Shown: positions 50,524 to 63,851 of the stretch, piece after piece | Layout: every line of letters starts with the position of its first letter | Position numbering within the stretch: position 1 is the stretch's first letter | DNA from: Octopus vulgaris | Taxonomy: Eukaryota | Direction: 5' to 3' | Length of the DNA stretch: 64,000 nt | Assembly (NCBI GenBank): GCA_951406725.2 | Contig: OX597815.1 | Span: forward strand, 56,172,001 to 56,236,000 | The notes under the pieces: generated by a model | The model's input: only the letters and a program-made list of their open reading frames with translations | What the model was told of the DNA's origin: nothing | Database searches by the model: none | Position numbers and translations under genes: made by a program

Positions 50524-51420
50524 GTTGCCTGCTTTGACCGGCAGATTTAAAAAATAAATTTTTGTAACTAAACACTTCTAAACTTCGTATGCTGGTAGAA
50601 TGTGTCACATTCTACCAGTATACGTTCTTGAGAAAATTCTGTAGTTTGTAAGCTATTTGTTGCTAAATTTCTCGTATTTCGGCAATTTCAGCCAATCAAT
50701 GACGTTTATTGAGATGAATACAATTACTGCTGTTGTTTGTCAACAGGAAGTTCCGGCGGTGTATATTTCGTTTGTCACTGGTATTTATGACATATTTCGT
50801 TTGAGATACGCGTGTGTATAAAATAATTTTCGTTTGGTTTTAGCCTTTCAGTTTATTTTGTTTGTTAATTGTTAAAATATTTTCGTTTGCTTTTAGGTTT
50901 ACTTTGTTTGTGTGTGTGTGTGTACATATTGTTTGAATTGTAAATTACTTTGTTTTTTCAAAATAAGTAGTCTAGGCAAGTTGTTTGATGTAATAAAAGC
51001 GGAGGAGGGTGCGGAGGCATACTTGGCAGAGTATTATACCCAGTACTAAAAATTGTAGAAAAGGGCACTTAATGAAAAAGAAATTGGTAGAGAAGAATGT
51101 TTGCTGGAGGTGTAGTCGCAAAGGTTGCTGTGAGAGAGTGTCTATCTGAAAGGGGACATGGCTAGAAGGTACCACACTTCCTCTGCAGACAGTAGTCATT
51201 TTTTGTACTCTTGGGTCAAGGAACTGACTACAGTGCATTATTGTACTATATTTCTGACCAAACTACACCCCTCATAAGTTTCAATTGAATTGTAAAATAA
51301 TCATGAATATAGACTAGTTTCATTTGAACTGGGTTCATGAGCAAGTCATGTGCGCATACCTCTCGCACATAACCGTTATAGGCCAGAGCTGCATTGTGGT
51401 TCATCCCCAGTTCTACTACG
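50524..51420 (+). pseudogene. Merlin (IS1016/ISXO2-like) transposon 5' remnant
   Basis: TIR related to 19272; translation CRKGHLM...WRCSRKGC...VSI*KGTWLE...FLYSWVKELT, continued on the minus strand by ELGMNHNAALAYNGYVREVCAHDLLMNPVQ. Confidence 0.65.
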
Positions 51421-51544
51421 GTTGTGGGTAACCACAAGCTATCTTTTTTTTCCAGCTTCTTTACATTCTGCGTAACAGTTTGTTTCCGCAGTGCTCGCTT
51501 CAAATAAGAATGCTGGAAAAAATAATAATAATAATAAGTCTATT

Positions 51545-54500
51545 GATTTCACTTCCTGAGAAAGACTGTGGGTAGACCCTGTCTCCTTAGAAAAATTGTT
51601 AATAAAACATTTTTAAAGTTTTTACAACATTATGGTGTAAATCATCTTAATGCTTCTTTCAGTTTCTTCAGAATCGCTGCTTTCGGTTTCGGATACAGAA
51701 ATATCCGATTCAATTTCGTTCGCAATGTGCTGTTGTACCCCTTTCATTCTTTTAAATATATTTGTGAAGGAATTGCCAATTTCTCCTTCATGTCCTTATT
51801 TACAATTCTGAAATGAGTTCCGTATATAAACTGATGAAATTTCTTGCATGCGAAAACTATACTGAGAGCTTCGCTCTCTATCGGACAGTAGTTTTGTTCT
51901 GCTTGAGTTGTTGCACGAGATGCAAACGAAACAGGTAGCCATCTTTCGTTGTGTTTCTGCTCAAGTATCGCTCAGAGCCCATGCTTACTAGCATCTGTAG
52001 TTATTTTTATTGGTAGATCTGGATTATAAAATTGTAGCACTGGTTTTCTGGTAATCATTTCTTTTAGCTTTTTTATTGCTTCGATTTGTGGTTTGTCGAA
52101 TGACCATAACGTGTCACTCTGTAGAAGCTGGCGTAATGGTGCTGTAACTTCGGAGTAATTAGATAAAAATTTACATAGGTAATTTGTCATACCTAGGAAT
52201 CTTTGTAATTCTTTTTTACTTGTTGGCAGTGGCATGTGAATGATTGCTTGTACTTTGGTTGGATCTTGTTTTATCCCTTCGCTGGTTAATAGATGTCCAA
52301 GGTACGTGATTTGTGATTCATAGAAGATACACTTTGATTTATTTAACTTTAATCCGTGCTTTCGGATTCGATCGAAAACTTGTTGATTTGTGTGTTCTTC
52401 TAAAGTGCTGGACCAGATTATGATGTTATCCTGTGAATTTCTTGCTCCTTCTATACCTTCTATTATTTTTGCAATTTCTTTTTGGAAAACTTCACTGGCG
52501 CTGTGAATTCCAAAGGGTAGTCGTGTGAAGCGATACCTTCCAAAAGGTGTGTTGAACGTTAACAGATGGAAGCTTTCTTCGTCAACTGGAATTTGCCAGT
52601 ATCCATTAGATGCATCGAGTTTCGAAAAATATTTAGGGTTATGCATTTGTGCAAAAATGTCCTCCGCTGTAGGGAGTTTGAAATGTTGCCTTTTTATGGC
52701 TTTGTTTAGATTCTTGGGGTCTAAACAGAGTCGGAGTTTTCCGTTGGCTTTTTCAACGATGACTAGGGAATTTACCCAGTCTGTAGGTTCACTAACAGGT
52801 TTTATGATACCTAATTCTGTCATTCTTTTTAATTCTTTGTTGAGTTTTTCTTTTATAGAAAAAGGAACCGATCTTGGTGGATGAATTACAGGAGTTATTT
52901 GTGGATCCACTGTGATATGATGTGTTATTGACAAAGTGCCGATTTCTCCGAAACAGTCTTCATATTTTTCTATTATGTCGTTTGTGTTCGACGAGTTTAT
53001 TTTTGAAATTCTCTTAATTAGGTTCAGAGCTTTAGCTGTCTTTGCATCTATAACTGCGTGCGAGTTTGTTTTTGCAACAATGAATTTTATTTGTTTTTAT
53101 AATTCTTTGTATTTAATGACTGCTGTGCATTTTTCTAGCACTTTTATAGCTGTGTTATTGTAAGCTGATAATCGAGTTGAGGTTTTTGCAGTTGTGGTTT
53201 TGGAATTATATTTCTATATTCTCTGAATGGCAGTACGGTTACGTCTGCTCCAGTATCAATTTTGAATGTTACATTCGAGTTGTTCACTTTTAGTTCGACC
53301 GTCCAAATGTCTTTTGGAGTCTTGAACTTTTCGATTTTGTGCACGCGGGAATTATTTGCAGTGATCATTTCGAGTGCATGTGTATCGTCATCTGATTCAT
53401 CGTCGGTATGTATCTCTACTTTATGTACAAATTTTCTTGATTTGCACATTTTTGCATAGTGTCCTTGTTTCTTGCATTTTTCACATGTCTTGTGGAATGC
53501 TGGGCATTTATTTCTTTTGTGATTATAACCACAATAGTGACAGTTAGTGACGTAGTGTTGACTTGGCGCTTGAAACTTCGCAGGCTTTCTGTCACTTCCG
53601 CCTTGTTCGTTTTGATGTCTGGATTGCATATGGCGAGTTATTTGAGTTTTGGCGCCTTTTCTGTCGTGTTGACTATATACCCTCGAGATTTCGTTATCTC
53701 TTGTTTCGGATGTGGCATTCAGCATCTTTGATTGGAGTCGTGTTTGCTCTGCACTCTGACCTGCTTGAATTGTTTTTTGTAAGTCTAAATTTGGTTCTCT
53801 CAATAGTCTTTCTCTTAATCTCATGTCTCTGATTCAACATATCAGAATATCTTTGGTGAGACTGTCTGTGAGGTTGCCGAATTCGCACTGTTGTGCCTTT
53901 TGGCGCAACTCTACCACGTACTCATCGAATTTTTGATGTTCCGCTTGTCCACATGTGAAGAATTTGTGTCTCAGGAAAGTTATGTTTTTCCTGGGTTCAC
54001 AATATGCATCGAATTTTTCGATTACTGTTTGAAGGTTCATTTCTTCGTCGGATGAATCGAAATCCAGAGTGGAATGGATGTCTCGGCCTTTGGAACCGAT
54101 GCAAGTTAAAAACATTGAAGTTTTTACTTGGTCTGGCTTCATGTCACTTTCTGTTGCTATCAAAAAGAGATTGAATTCTTTTTTCCACTTTTTTCCATGC
54201 TGCGGCTAGATTTTCCTGATTAAAGTCTAGGTCTTTTGGATGCGGTAAATTTTTCATTTCGTCTTTGAAGTATGATTTCAACTTCTTCTTTCTTTTGGTT
54301 TCTGTATTTTGTGTTCTTTTAATATTCTGACACCATGTTGTTGTTATATATATATATAATGTATTGAGTATTAAAGGAAGTAGTGAGTACTTAGTATGAA
54401 AGATTAAGAAAATGAGAGAGACTGAAAAAACGTGTTAACGATACGAGATACTTTATTAGACTGCCGTTGTTGTACAAGGTATTTGTTGTGGCGGGAAACT

Positions 54501-54575
54501 TACTGAATGTCCTTGTATCAAGGGAGACAATGGGCAACGTTGATTGTTCATGTTTGTTGTGATGATTACATAACA
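51545..54575 (-). mobile_element. 3'-truncated Gypsy LTR retrotransposon (5' LTR, gag, PR, RT, part of RNase H)
   Basis: LTR 54336-54575 (TG...CA); PBS TGGTGTCAGAA (tRNA-Leu); CHYCG...CPAFHKTCEKCKKQGH; IDTGAD; LRLCLDP, FSKLDASNGYWQ, TTDAS. Confidence 0.9.
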
Positions 54576-56346
54576 GTGTGAAATGCCAGCGTTCTAAAGT
54601 CTACAGGCACATTCGCGCTCCTCTTGGACAGTTTTCTCCGCCGGAGACTCGTTTTCGCCATGTCCACATTGATCTGATTGGACCATGGCTTGTCAGTCAC
54701 GGGTTCTCTTACATGTTGACATGCGTCAATCGTTTCTCTCGTTGGCCTGAAGCCATTCCAATAGTGGACATTTCCGCTGAGTCAGATGCTCGAGCTTTCG
54801 TTTCTAACTGGATTGCTCGCTTTGGTGTCCTAGTTAAAATAACTACTGATCGTGGATGCCAGTTCGAAGCTTCCTTATTTCGTGAATTGTCACGAATCCT
54901 AGACGTTCATCACATTTGCACGACCAGCTTCCAACGGGATGGTTGAACGTTTTCACAGGCAACTGAAAGCTGCTGTTATCGCCACTCCTGATTCACAGTC
55001 TTGGACAGAATTTCTCCCTATCGTTCTTCTTGGTTGTCGCACTGCTGTTAAAACAGATTTAGGTTTCTCCTCTGCTGAGCTCCTTTACGGTACCATTCTG
55101 GCACTCCCTGGTACAATGAATGTTGGCGCCAGACAATTCATCGCGTCCTGATCCAACGTCGTATGTCACCAGACTTCGCTCGTATTTCTCAAGTATTCCA
55201 CCCATGCATCCACATGACCAGTCTATTCCCTCTCACGTCTCACCGGACATTGACAAATGGATTCACGTTTTTATTCGCGATGATTCTGTCAAAGGACCTC
55301 TCGTTTCTCCTTATAAGGGACCATTTCGTGTGTTATCACGCACACCCAAAACTTTTAGTCTCGAAATCAATGGTCGGGTAGAGACCGTGTCGGTCGACAG
55401 ACTTAAAAGGACAAATTTTGAGGTGTCCACACCCTTCGAGGACACCCCAACCACGCCCGCGTTTGATCCTTTACAACCACCTACACATTCACCTGCACAC
55501 GCACCTTTGACCATACCATCACCAACACCTCCACCTTCATCGCCACTACCTAACACGAACAAACCCTATGTCACCAGGACAGGCCACACTGTGCATTGGC
55601 CCCAAAAAACTCACTAAAACTATTTACATCTAATTTTTTCCTTTTTCTTCCTGTGATAGACAATTGTTTCTCGTGTGCTGAACAGTACTAATGCCTTGTC
55701 ATTGAACTCTGTAAAATAACATTTTGTGCACGCTCCTTATATATTGCCTGTGATTATTTTTTTCTCAATTTCACATTTTGCCTTATATTTTGTACCACAT
55801 CTTGTTTATGATCGGTGGCCATCTTTGCTTTCTTGTGCATGCTCCAGTCATTCTAATTTTCGCACTGGCGTTCTCAGCGGAGAGCCCCTGTAGCGTGACA
55901 CAAGAAGCCAGCGCTATTTTGTACGAGATCTCGCCGGCGGCCATTGCCAGGTCCGAGACAAGAACGAGATCTCGCCTACAACCATGTTTGCCACGCGCGA
56001 GACCACAGCGAGGCTATTGTGAGCAACATCTATTTAAGGAAATGTATTAAGCAACCTGTTCTCTTCTCTCGCGTTGGCGCTCACGTTGAACAACACTACA
56101 ACCTAGCAGCTCACAACGGATTCTTAACCCGCTCTAACTTTACCCGTTATCTCCAGAGGTAATGTACCTCTCGCGAACAGAGCTAACGAAGTACGCACTG
56201 ACATACAGATGGTCGCCGAGAGCAAATCCCATGAAATGAGAACCAAATAAACAACCATTGAATTGCATCCGCTTGTAAGCCACTTCTTTGAGTTCCAGAA
56301 TCCTAAGGCTAGAAAAAATAACTGTAAAGGGAGGAGATACTCCACA
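54576..56346 (+). mobile_element. Gypsy (CsRn1-like) 3' remnant: integrase plus probable 3' LTR 55889-56346
   Basis: CVKCQRSK, HVHIDLIGP, ITTDRG, VERFHRQLK, SPYKGPF, VSVDRLK; LTR inferred from TGTAG...CCACA with AATAAA. Confidence 0.8.
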
Positions 56347-57080
56347 GGTGTCAGGAACCTTCTAGTCCCATTATAAAGTGATTTTAAATTCTCAAACGCA
56401 GGATAATGCTAATAATATAGCCTGAACAGAATAAGCTACCCGTATTTTGCAGAAAAAAGGGTTGGAGGCCAGAAACCGCTATGGTCAGGTTGGGTGTGAA
56501 GTTGGGGTATTTCCAGAGAAGCGCTCGACTCGAATACTGGGCTAAGAACACTAAGAATAGTTCAGATGTAGAAAATGCAAGTTTCACGATGATTATACCG
56601 TCATGTGGGTTTGGCAATGAGTAAATAATCCAATGAAAGATGAAGAAAATTCTCTAACACATCTTTAATTGTGTTACAAATATTTCCGTCCCATCTCCAT
56701 TTACAACACCAATTTACGTGATAATCCTAAATGAAAAATCACGTAATATTTGCGGTTTTAGACATTGGAGAGGTACTTCCTCAGACTTGCATCAAAGATG
56801 TGCTATTATATTGTGAAGTGGAGTGGAAAGAAGAGAAGAGGAAGAAGAAACATTCTCCTCACACTATTAATTGGTTTTTTTTTTCCCCTCTATATTTTCC
56901 TAACAACAAGATCTGAAGGACGCACAATGTAATAGCACACAAGTCTGATGAAGTGCCCCTCCAAAGTCTAAAACTGCAAATATTTTTCATTTAGAATTTT
57001 CGCGTAAACTGGCGTTGTAAACAGGGATGGTATGGAAACATTTGCAACTTATAATTAAAGATGTGCTAAAGAATTTTTTG

Positions 57081-57142
<62 letters not shown>

Positions 57143-57799
57143 CTTTCACCGTTTTCTATCTGTCTCTCCCCTCTCTTTCTCTTTTGCTCTCTCTCGTTGT
57201 TCACATGTGACCATCGTCCAGCTTTCTTTTCCTGCACGGACGTTCAAAAGACCGGACGTGTTTTTTTCTCTCTCTCTCTTCTATTTTTTCTCGTTTACGA
57301 GGCTGAGATATCTGACTCTAATAGCAGGAATGGCAACGCCAATAACTATAGCACAAATAGCAGCAGCACCATCGCTAATGATAATGCGTCCTTGTCCATC
57401 TACGTATGGCGCCTGAAAGACGAAGGGACTCCACTTCTAATCGCATAGAAGATCCTAGAAAACCGGGTCCCTACATCAACAAGAGCAAGCGTTGGAAGCT
57501 GTGCATAGCGGAACGGGCGATAATATTAAAGAACTTACTTGACCCACGGAAATCTTAGATTCCAGGATGGAACCCTTCGGACCCTGCTTACACTTCAGGC
57601 GTTTCCTACTGAAATTTTGGGATCCGCAAGCTGACTGGGTGGATAGTCTAAGGGAGGCAAATCCCCGCGCTCGACGTTTCTCTTTTGTGTGTTCAATAAC
57701 TAACCACGAGGCCTTTTCTTCCTCCATTTTCAAGAGAGGTTATTGGCCACCGGCCATTGGGGTCTGATGAGACGTTATGAAGCCAAGAGTTTTATGCAC

Positions 57800-58100
57800 A
57801 CAGAATCCTGGGTAACATAATAAACGGTCATAACTATCTTAATCTTTATCCAATGGTTTCACACCCACGAAAGCCGAAGCTTTCTTATTGATGTAGGAGT
57901 CTGGCCGTTCTAAGATCATCCACTTGATATCGTATGGGGTCCATTAATCTTTGAGGTGCCCTACATGACTGGCCAGGTATATGACGAATTGTCTTTCAGG
58001 GACCCTGAATGTAAACCTGAGGTTGTACAGGCATCGCTTGAATGCCGTACCGGCTGATCCAATGTATTTCCAGGCTTAAGTGTTGACTGTGTTCACATTA
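57800..58100 (-). pseudogene. Penelope-like GIY-YIG fragment
   Basis: KYIGSAGTAFKRCLYN...YLASHVGHLKD*WTPYDIKWMILERPDSY. Confidence 0.6.
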
Positions 58101-58485
58101 TTGGTGCATCTCTGGTTGGCTCAGGGTTTAGGATTGGCTCTGGGTCAGATCTTCATTCAGGGTCCCTGAAAGACAATTCGTCATATACCTGGCCAGCCAT
58201 GTAGGGCACCTCAAAGATCAAGGGACCCCATACGATATCAAAGTGGTTGTTGTTACCACTGATGTTGTTGGGGCTGCCGTCATTGCTATTATAATTATGA
58301 CATCTCAAAAGTAAAAGTAGATAGGCACCTTATTTGCAAGATATATTTCTGGAAACAAAATAATGCCATCTGATGCATTTAAGTACTTAATCTTGTAGAC
58401 TTAATTAATAGACTGGCCTTGTGTCATGATACATTAACAAAATTTTCGTTGCTTCTTGCAAACTCTTCTATATGTCCGAACGGAC

Positions 58486-58539
<54 letters not shown>

Positions 58540-58593
58540 TGTACATTTGAATTCAATATAGATTTGGTAAAACAAACAAGAGTACATTGGTGT

Positions 58594-58826
58594 CTTTTAT
58601 CTCTTACTTGTTTCAGTCATTAGATTGTGGCAATGCTGGGGCACTGCCTTCAATTTTTAGTCAAAAGAATCGACCCAGCAATTTTTTAAAGCCTGGTACT
58701 TATTCTTTTGCCGAACCGCTAAGTTATGAGAACGCAAAGACTCCAACACCGGTTGGCAAGCGGTAGTGGAGGGCCAAAAAGACACATACACATAGGCATA
58801 TATACACGCATACATACATACATACT

Positions 58827-58862
<36 letters not shown>

Positions 58863-59028
58863 CACGACGGGCTTCTTTCAGTTTCCATCTACCAAATCCA
58901 CTCGCAAGGCTTTGGTTGGCTCGCGGCTATAGTGAAAGACACTATAGACCAAGGTGCCATGCAGTAGGACTGACCCCGAGACCATGTGGTTGGAAGCAAA
59001 CTTCTTACCACACAACCTTGCCTGTGCC
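58594..59028 (-). mobile_element. tRNA-derived SINE
   Basis: Same family as 23968-24405. Confidence 0.8.
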
Positions 59029-59228
59029 CAGTACACAAAATGCATCGACCGGATATGTATAGTTTTCTCTTTGTTAAGTGTTAAGAGGTTGTCGCGAAGT
59101 GTGTTGGGCACCATTGTCGCCGTATTATGGTGTAAGATTATGGATTAAGTTGGGCTGCTTGTGGTGTAAACTGGAACGAAACTCGAAGATATTTTATGAT
59201 ATATTTATTAAAGGAAAGGATGTGCATA

Positions 59229-60957
59229 CAGGGGTTGGACAAAATAATGGAAACAACTTAAAATTTCAAGTAAATTTATTTTAATATAGGGTAGGACCGC
59301 CTTTGGCAGTAATTACAGCTTGAATTCTACAAGGTATGGACTCGGAAAAAGTTTGAATTGTTTCCAAAGGAATTTTTGTCCATTCTTCAGCTAAAACAGT
59401 CTCCAGTTCTTGTAGTGATGATGGTGGAGGATATCGACTCCTTTTCTAAAATTCACCATAAATCATCATCATCATCATCATCATTTAACGTCCGCTTTCC
59501 ATGCTAGCATGGGTTGGACGGTTCAACTGGGGTCTGGGGAGCCCGAAGGCTGCACCAGGCCAGTCAGATCTGGCAGTGTTTCTACAGCTGGATGCCCTTC
59601 CTAACGCCAACCACTCCGAGAGTGTAGTGGGTGATTTTATGTGCCACCGACACAGGTGCCAGACGAGGCTGGCAGACGGCCACGCTCAGATGGTGTTTTT
59701 TATGTGCCACCGACACAGGTGCCAGATGAGGCTGGCGAACGGCCACGATCGGATGGTGTTTGTTACATGCCCACAGCACGGAGGCCAGTCGATGCGGTAC
59801 TGGCTACGGCCACGTTCGGATGGTTTTCTTGTGTGCCACCGGCACTGGTACCACAAAGATACAAATTCCATTGATGTTCATCTATTTTGATTTTGTTTGA
59901 TTTGTTCAATAATATTGAGATCTGAAATGTTCAATAATATTGAAATCTGGGGACTGTGGTGACCAAATAAGATGTTGAACTTCACTAGAATGTTCCTCAT
60001 ACTATTCAGTAACAACTTTAGCTGTGTGGATTGGTGCATTATCATCCTGAAAGATTGCGTTTCCCTCCGGAAACAGTTCCACAACCATAAGATGAATTTG
60101 ATCAGATAAAGTGCTTAAATAGTCTTGACTATTTATTCTGCCATGAAGGGAAGCCATTGAGCCGGCAGATTTCCAAGATATACCCCCACCCCAGATCATC
60201 GCAGATCTTCCTCTATGTTTAACTGTTGGAGAAGGCAGTCTGAGTCAAATGCTTCTTTTGGCTGTATCCACATGTATACTCGGCTGGTGGTCGAAAAGAA
60301 GGTAAAGGATGACTTGTCTGAGAAAATAACATTCTTCCACTGCTCTAGGGACCAATTCTGTAAGTTTTAACTCCACTGTAAATGCTTTGCAACGTATGTT
60401 TTTGAAAGTAGTGGTTTTCTGATTGTAGCCCTTCCGTGAAATCTGGCTTTGTGCAGCTCCCGGCGAGAGGTTTTTGTGGAAACTGGGTTCTCGGGGTGGT
60501 CATTAAGCTATGTAGTAATTTTGGGAGCTGTATTTTGTGATCCTTTCTAACAATTCACGTAAGAGTCCGACGGCCCCTATCTGAAAGTTTTGATTTTCTT
60601 CCGGAGTTTTGTATTGAGGAGGAGGTTTTTCCTTCTTTCTCAAAGGCTGTCATTACTTTCGAGACAGTACTTCTTGATACACCAAACATTTCAGCTGTTT
60701 TCATTACACTAGCGCCTGCCATACGAGCACCAACAATTTGACCTCTTTGAAAGTCCGATAGATCTGTCATTTTAATGAATTTTAATTACCTTTTTCTGAT
60801 GATACCTGAAAATAAACAGCAATTTTAGCCAAACATATTAAGCAACACTAATAATAGATCAAAAAACAAAAAGGAACAAGCTTTTGACGGTTTTATAGAT
60901 ATTCCAAAATTATGATGCTATGATGCTAGGTGTTTCCATTATTTTGTCCAACCCCTG
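59229..60957 (-). mobile_element. Tc1-like DNA transposon interrupted by a SINE
   Basis: 27-bp perfect TIRs CAGGGGTTGGACAAAATAATGGAAACA with TA TSDs; MTDLSDFQRGQIVGAR, MIWGGG, FQDDNAPIH. Confidence 0.92.
59463..59885 (-). mobile_element. SINE with RTE-like tail and internal ~63-bp tandem repeats
   Basis: (CAT)n tail; three to four units of TGTGCCACCG.CAC.GGT.CCA...GGCCACG.TC.GATGGT. Confidence 0.8.
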
Positions 60958-62087
60958 TACATTCTATTATTCTTTGAACTGTTTCAGTCATGAGACTACG
61001 GCCATGCTGGGATGCTGCCTTGAAGGATTTTAGTCGAAATAATCGACCCTAATACTTTTCTTTTTTAAAAGCCTGTTCTTTTAACTGTTTCAGTCATGGG
61101 ACTATGCCCATGCTCGGGTACTGCCTTGAAGGATTTTAGTCGAAATAATTTACCCTAGTACTTTTTTAAAGCCTGGTTCTATCAGTCATGTTTGCCGAAT
61201 CGCTAAGGATGTAAATACACCAACAACTATTGTAAGTGGGAGGTGGGGGACAAACACAGGCACGAACACACACACAAACACGCACATACGACAGGCTTCT
61301 TTCAGTTTCTGTATACCAAATCTACCCACAAGGCTTTTGTCGACCTGAGGCTATAGTAAAAGACAATTTTACTAATTTTTTTATTCCAGGAATCCTATTA
61401 CAAGTGTCGGAAACATTAGTGCATCTTTTGTTCCCATTGCTTCGTATTTGTACGTAATACTAGTTATCAAAGAAATAAATGTTTTCTTGCACCAATCGTA
61501 ATCCTTCAAATATAAATTCTTTTAGGAATCTCTCCTGAATTCTTTATGGGTATTTTTCTATACAGAACTCTACTCCATAAGTAATATTTGTGTAGAGACT
61601 GGTTACGTCAAAGCCAACATGGTTTTGGAAATCTGTGTCCATTGTTTGTTTATAAACATTGATTTCTAATTAAAAATAATGCTGGTCATTTAGTTATTCT
61701 AAAACCATTTCCCTGTAATGGATCTTGTACATCAGTATAATAGCTCCTCGTTTTTCAGTTTCTTAAATGACTATGGAGGAATCTTTCGGTAGACATTCCA
61801 ATGTATTTTGCTCTTCATTTGTAATGTTTGGTTTTACATGATTTGTTTGAACGTTTGAGCTTCCTGACCATTTTGGACGCATTATATTAATATATTACTA
61901 TAAATGCTTATTCCTGTTCATTGGAGGTTTGAATCCGGTTTTGCTTTTCAGAAGTGATGGATCGGAAGAAATCCCGTAGACGAAGTTTGACATAGGTATA
62001 TATGCATCTACACACATATAAAAATATACACATATACATACACACGGGAACACACATGCACACATACACACATAATGTTTATCTATA

Positions 62088-62298
62088 TAAGGTGGCGAGT
62101 TGGCAGAAACGTTAGCATGCCGGGCGAAATGCTTAGCGGTATTTCGTCTGTCTTTACGTTCTGAGTTCAAATTCCGCTGAGGTCGACTTAGCCTTTCATC
62201 CTTTTGGGGTCGATAAATTAAGTACCATTTGCATACTGGGGTCGATCTAATCGACTGGCCCCCTTCCCAAAATTTCGGGCCTTGTTTCTAGAGTAGAA

Positions 62299-62338
<40 letters not shown>

Positions 62339-62340
62339 TA
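62088..62340 (+). mobile_element. MetaSINE-like SINE with (AAT)n tail
   Basis: Full head and core as at 5137. Confidence 0.85.
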
Positions 62341-62419
62341 AATTAAAGTAAAATGTACCAATAATGAATGATATTGATTTAAGACGATGATGATGAAAAT
62401 AATGAAGGTAATGACTGCA

Positions 62420-63720
62420 CAGCAAAGAAGATTTAAAGCTCATGTGTCGCCTCTTCATCAGGTGTTTTAGGGCGTCATATCTTCGTGCAAGGCTTTCTTA
62501 ATAGGCTTGAGGAACATTGTGATGGCAAGTTGCCGTCGTTGTTTCTTCATGGTGGTGAGGAGAGTTTTATATGTCTGCATAGCAACATCGATGGCATTTT
62601 TAAATTGGAGAGACTGAACCATATAGGGATACCATGCTTCCGCCTTCCCTTGCAATTCCTTCGCTGTCCTTAAAAGGTCAGACAGATATTTGGTTGCCAG
62701 GCCCACCTCATCCTCCCCATCGCTGGCAGATTTCGTTAACTCCAACAGAGTGGGCATCGATGAGGTCGTTGACCTCATCTTGTGTGATGTCATCAAAACC
62801 TATGCCACCAAGTACCTTTGCCAGTTTCACCACATTGTTGACAGCCAGCCTCGTGCGAATATCTTCAGATGAGAAGCCCGCGTAGTCCTGGACACATTGT
62901 GACCACACCTTCTTCCAGCATGCGATGTGGGTTTCTTTTTTAATGCCTTTAAGAGTAGCGTGGATGACTGACAAGCACGTTGCCATCGTGAAGTTACGCC
63001 AGTATTCCTTTAACTTGAAATTCTCATCCGAATCCATTGCATCCTCAAGGTATTGGAGAGAGTTCCGAGTGTAAAGTGCCTTGAAGGGACGGATCATGCC
63101 TTGATTCACAGGCTGGATGAAGGAGGTGGTGTTTGCAGGGAGGAACTCGACTTGAACTCCCTCGTGATTCAAATCCAAAGAGTGACCAGCAGCATTTTCT
63201 ATAACAAGCAACATCTTGAAGTGCATACAAACATTTTGGGGTTATTCCTTGGTTTGAGGGATGCAGTGTTGGTGGAACCAATTCAAAGTTAGACTTTTGG
63301 TAATCCAGGCCTTGGGGTTGTGCATCCAGCTGACAGACAGCAGATTTTTATTCTTATTTTTGAAGGCCTTCAGGTTCGCGGACTTGTAGATAAGTCCTGG
63401 TTTCATTATGAAGCCAGCAGCTTTGCCACGCGTAATTAGCATCACTCTGTCCTTTTGTACCTTAAATGCCGGGGCTCTGCCTTCGTTCTTCATGGTGTAC
63501 GTTCTGGAAAACATCTTCTTCCAGAACATGCTAATCTCATCCATATCGAAAACCTGTACCGGCTTGTATCCCTTGTCCTCAATGATCTGCTTGAAGGTCT
63601 CGAAGTACTTCTCAGCGGTTTCTTTATCGGCTGATGCTGTCTCTCCATGCAGGGAAACACAATTTAATTCAAACTGTTTCTGGAAACAGTCAAACCATCA
63701 CTTGCTGATTTGAAAATCTT
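62420..63720 (-). pseudogene. Tigger/pogo-family transposase remnant
   Basis: QVFDMDEISMFWKKM, KDRV, WMHNPKAWIT, ENAAGH, FLPANTTSFIQPVNQG, FKALY; TIRs not found. Confidence 0.85.
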
Positions 63721-63800
63721 TACTGTCGGGTGACTTTTGACCAACTCGGTACATTCACACACACATGTATATATATATAATATATTTATTATATAGAAGG

Positions 63801-63851
63801 AACTTCTACAGGACTAGAACTGTTTCATTCAAGAGAAATCTTCAGGAAGCT
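63801..63851 (-). ncRNA. Minimal type I hammerhead-ribozyme-like motif
   Basis: agcttc CTGAAGA tttc tctt gaat GAAA cag ttctagtc ctg TA gaagtt: stems I-III, intact core, GUA cleavage triplet. Confidence 0.65.

Noticed and set aside
56347-56356. GGTGTCAGGA after the inferred LTR end, resembling a tRNA-Leu PBS
   Set aside because: Short imperfect match, LTR end unconfirmed, and no gag follows.
59635-59855. Regularly spaced ~63-bp repeats resembling a CRISPR array
   Set aside because: The 'spacers' are homologous to each other, the array lies inside a SINE, and there are no cas genes in this eukaryotic context.
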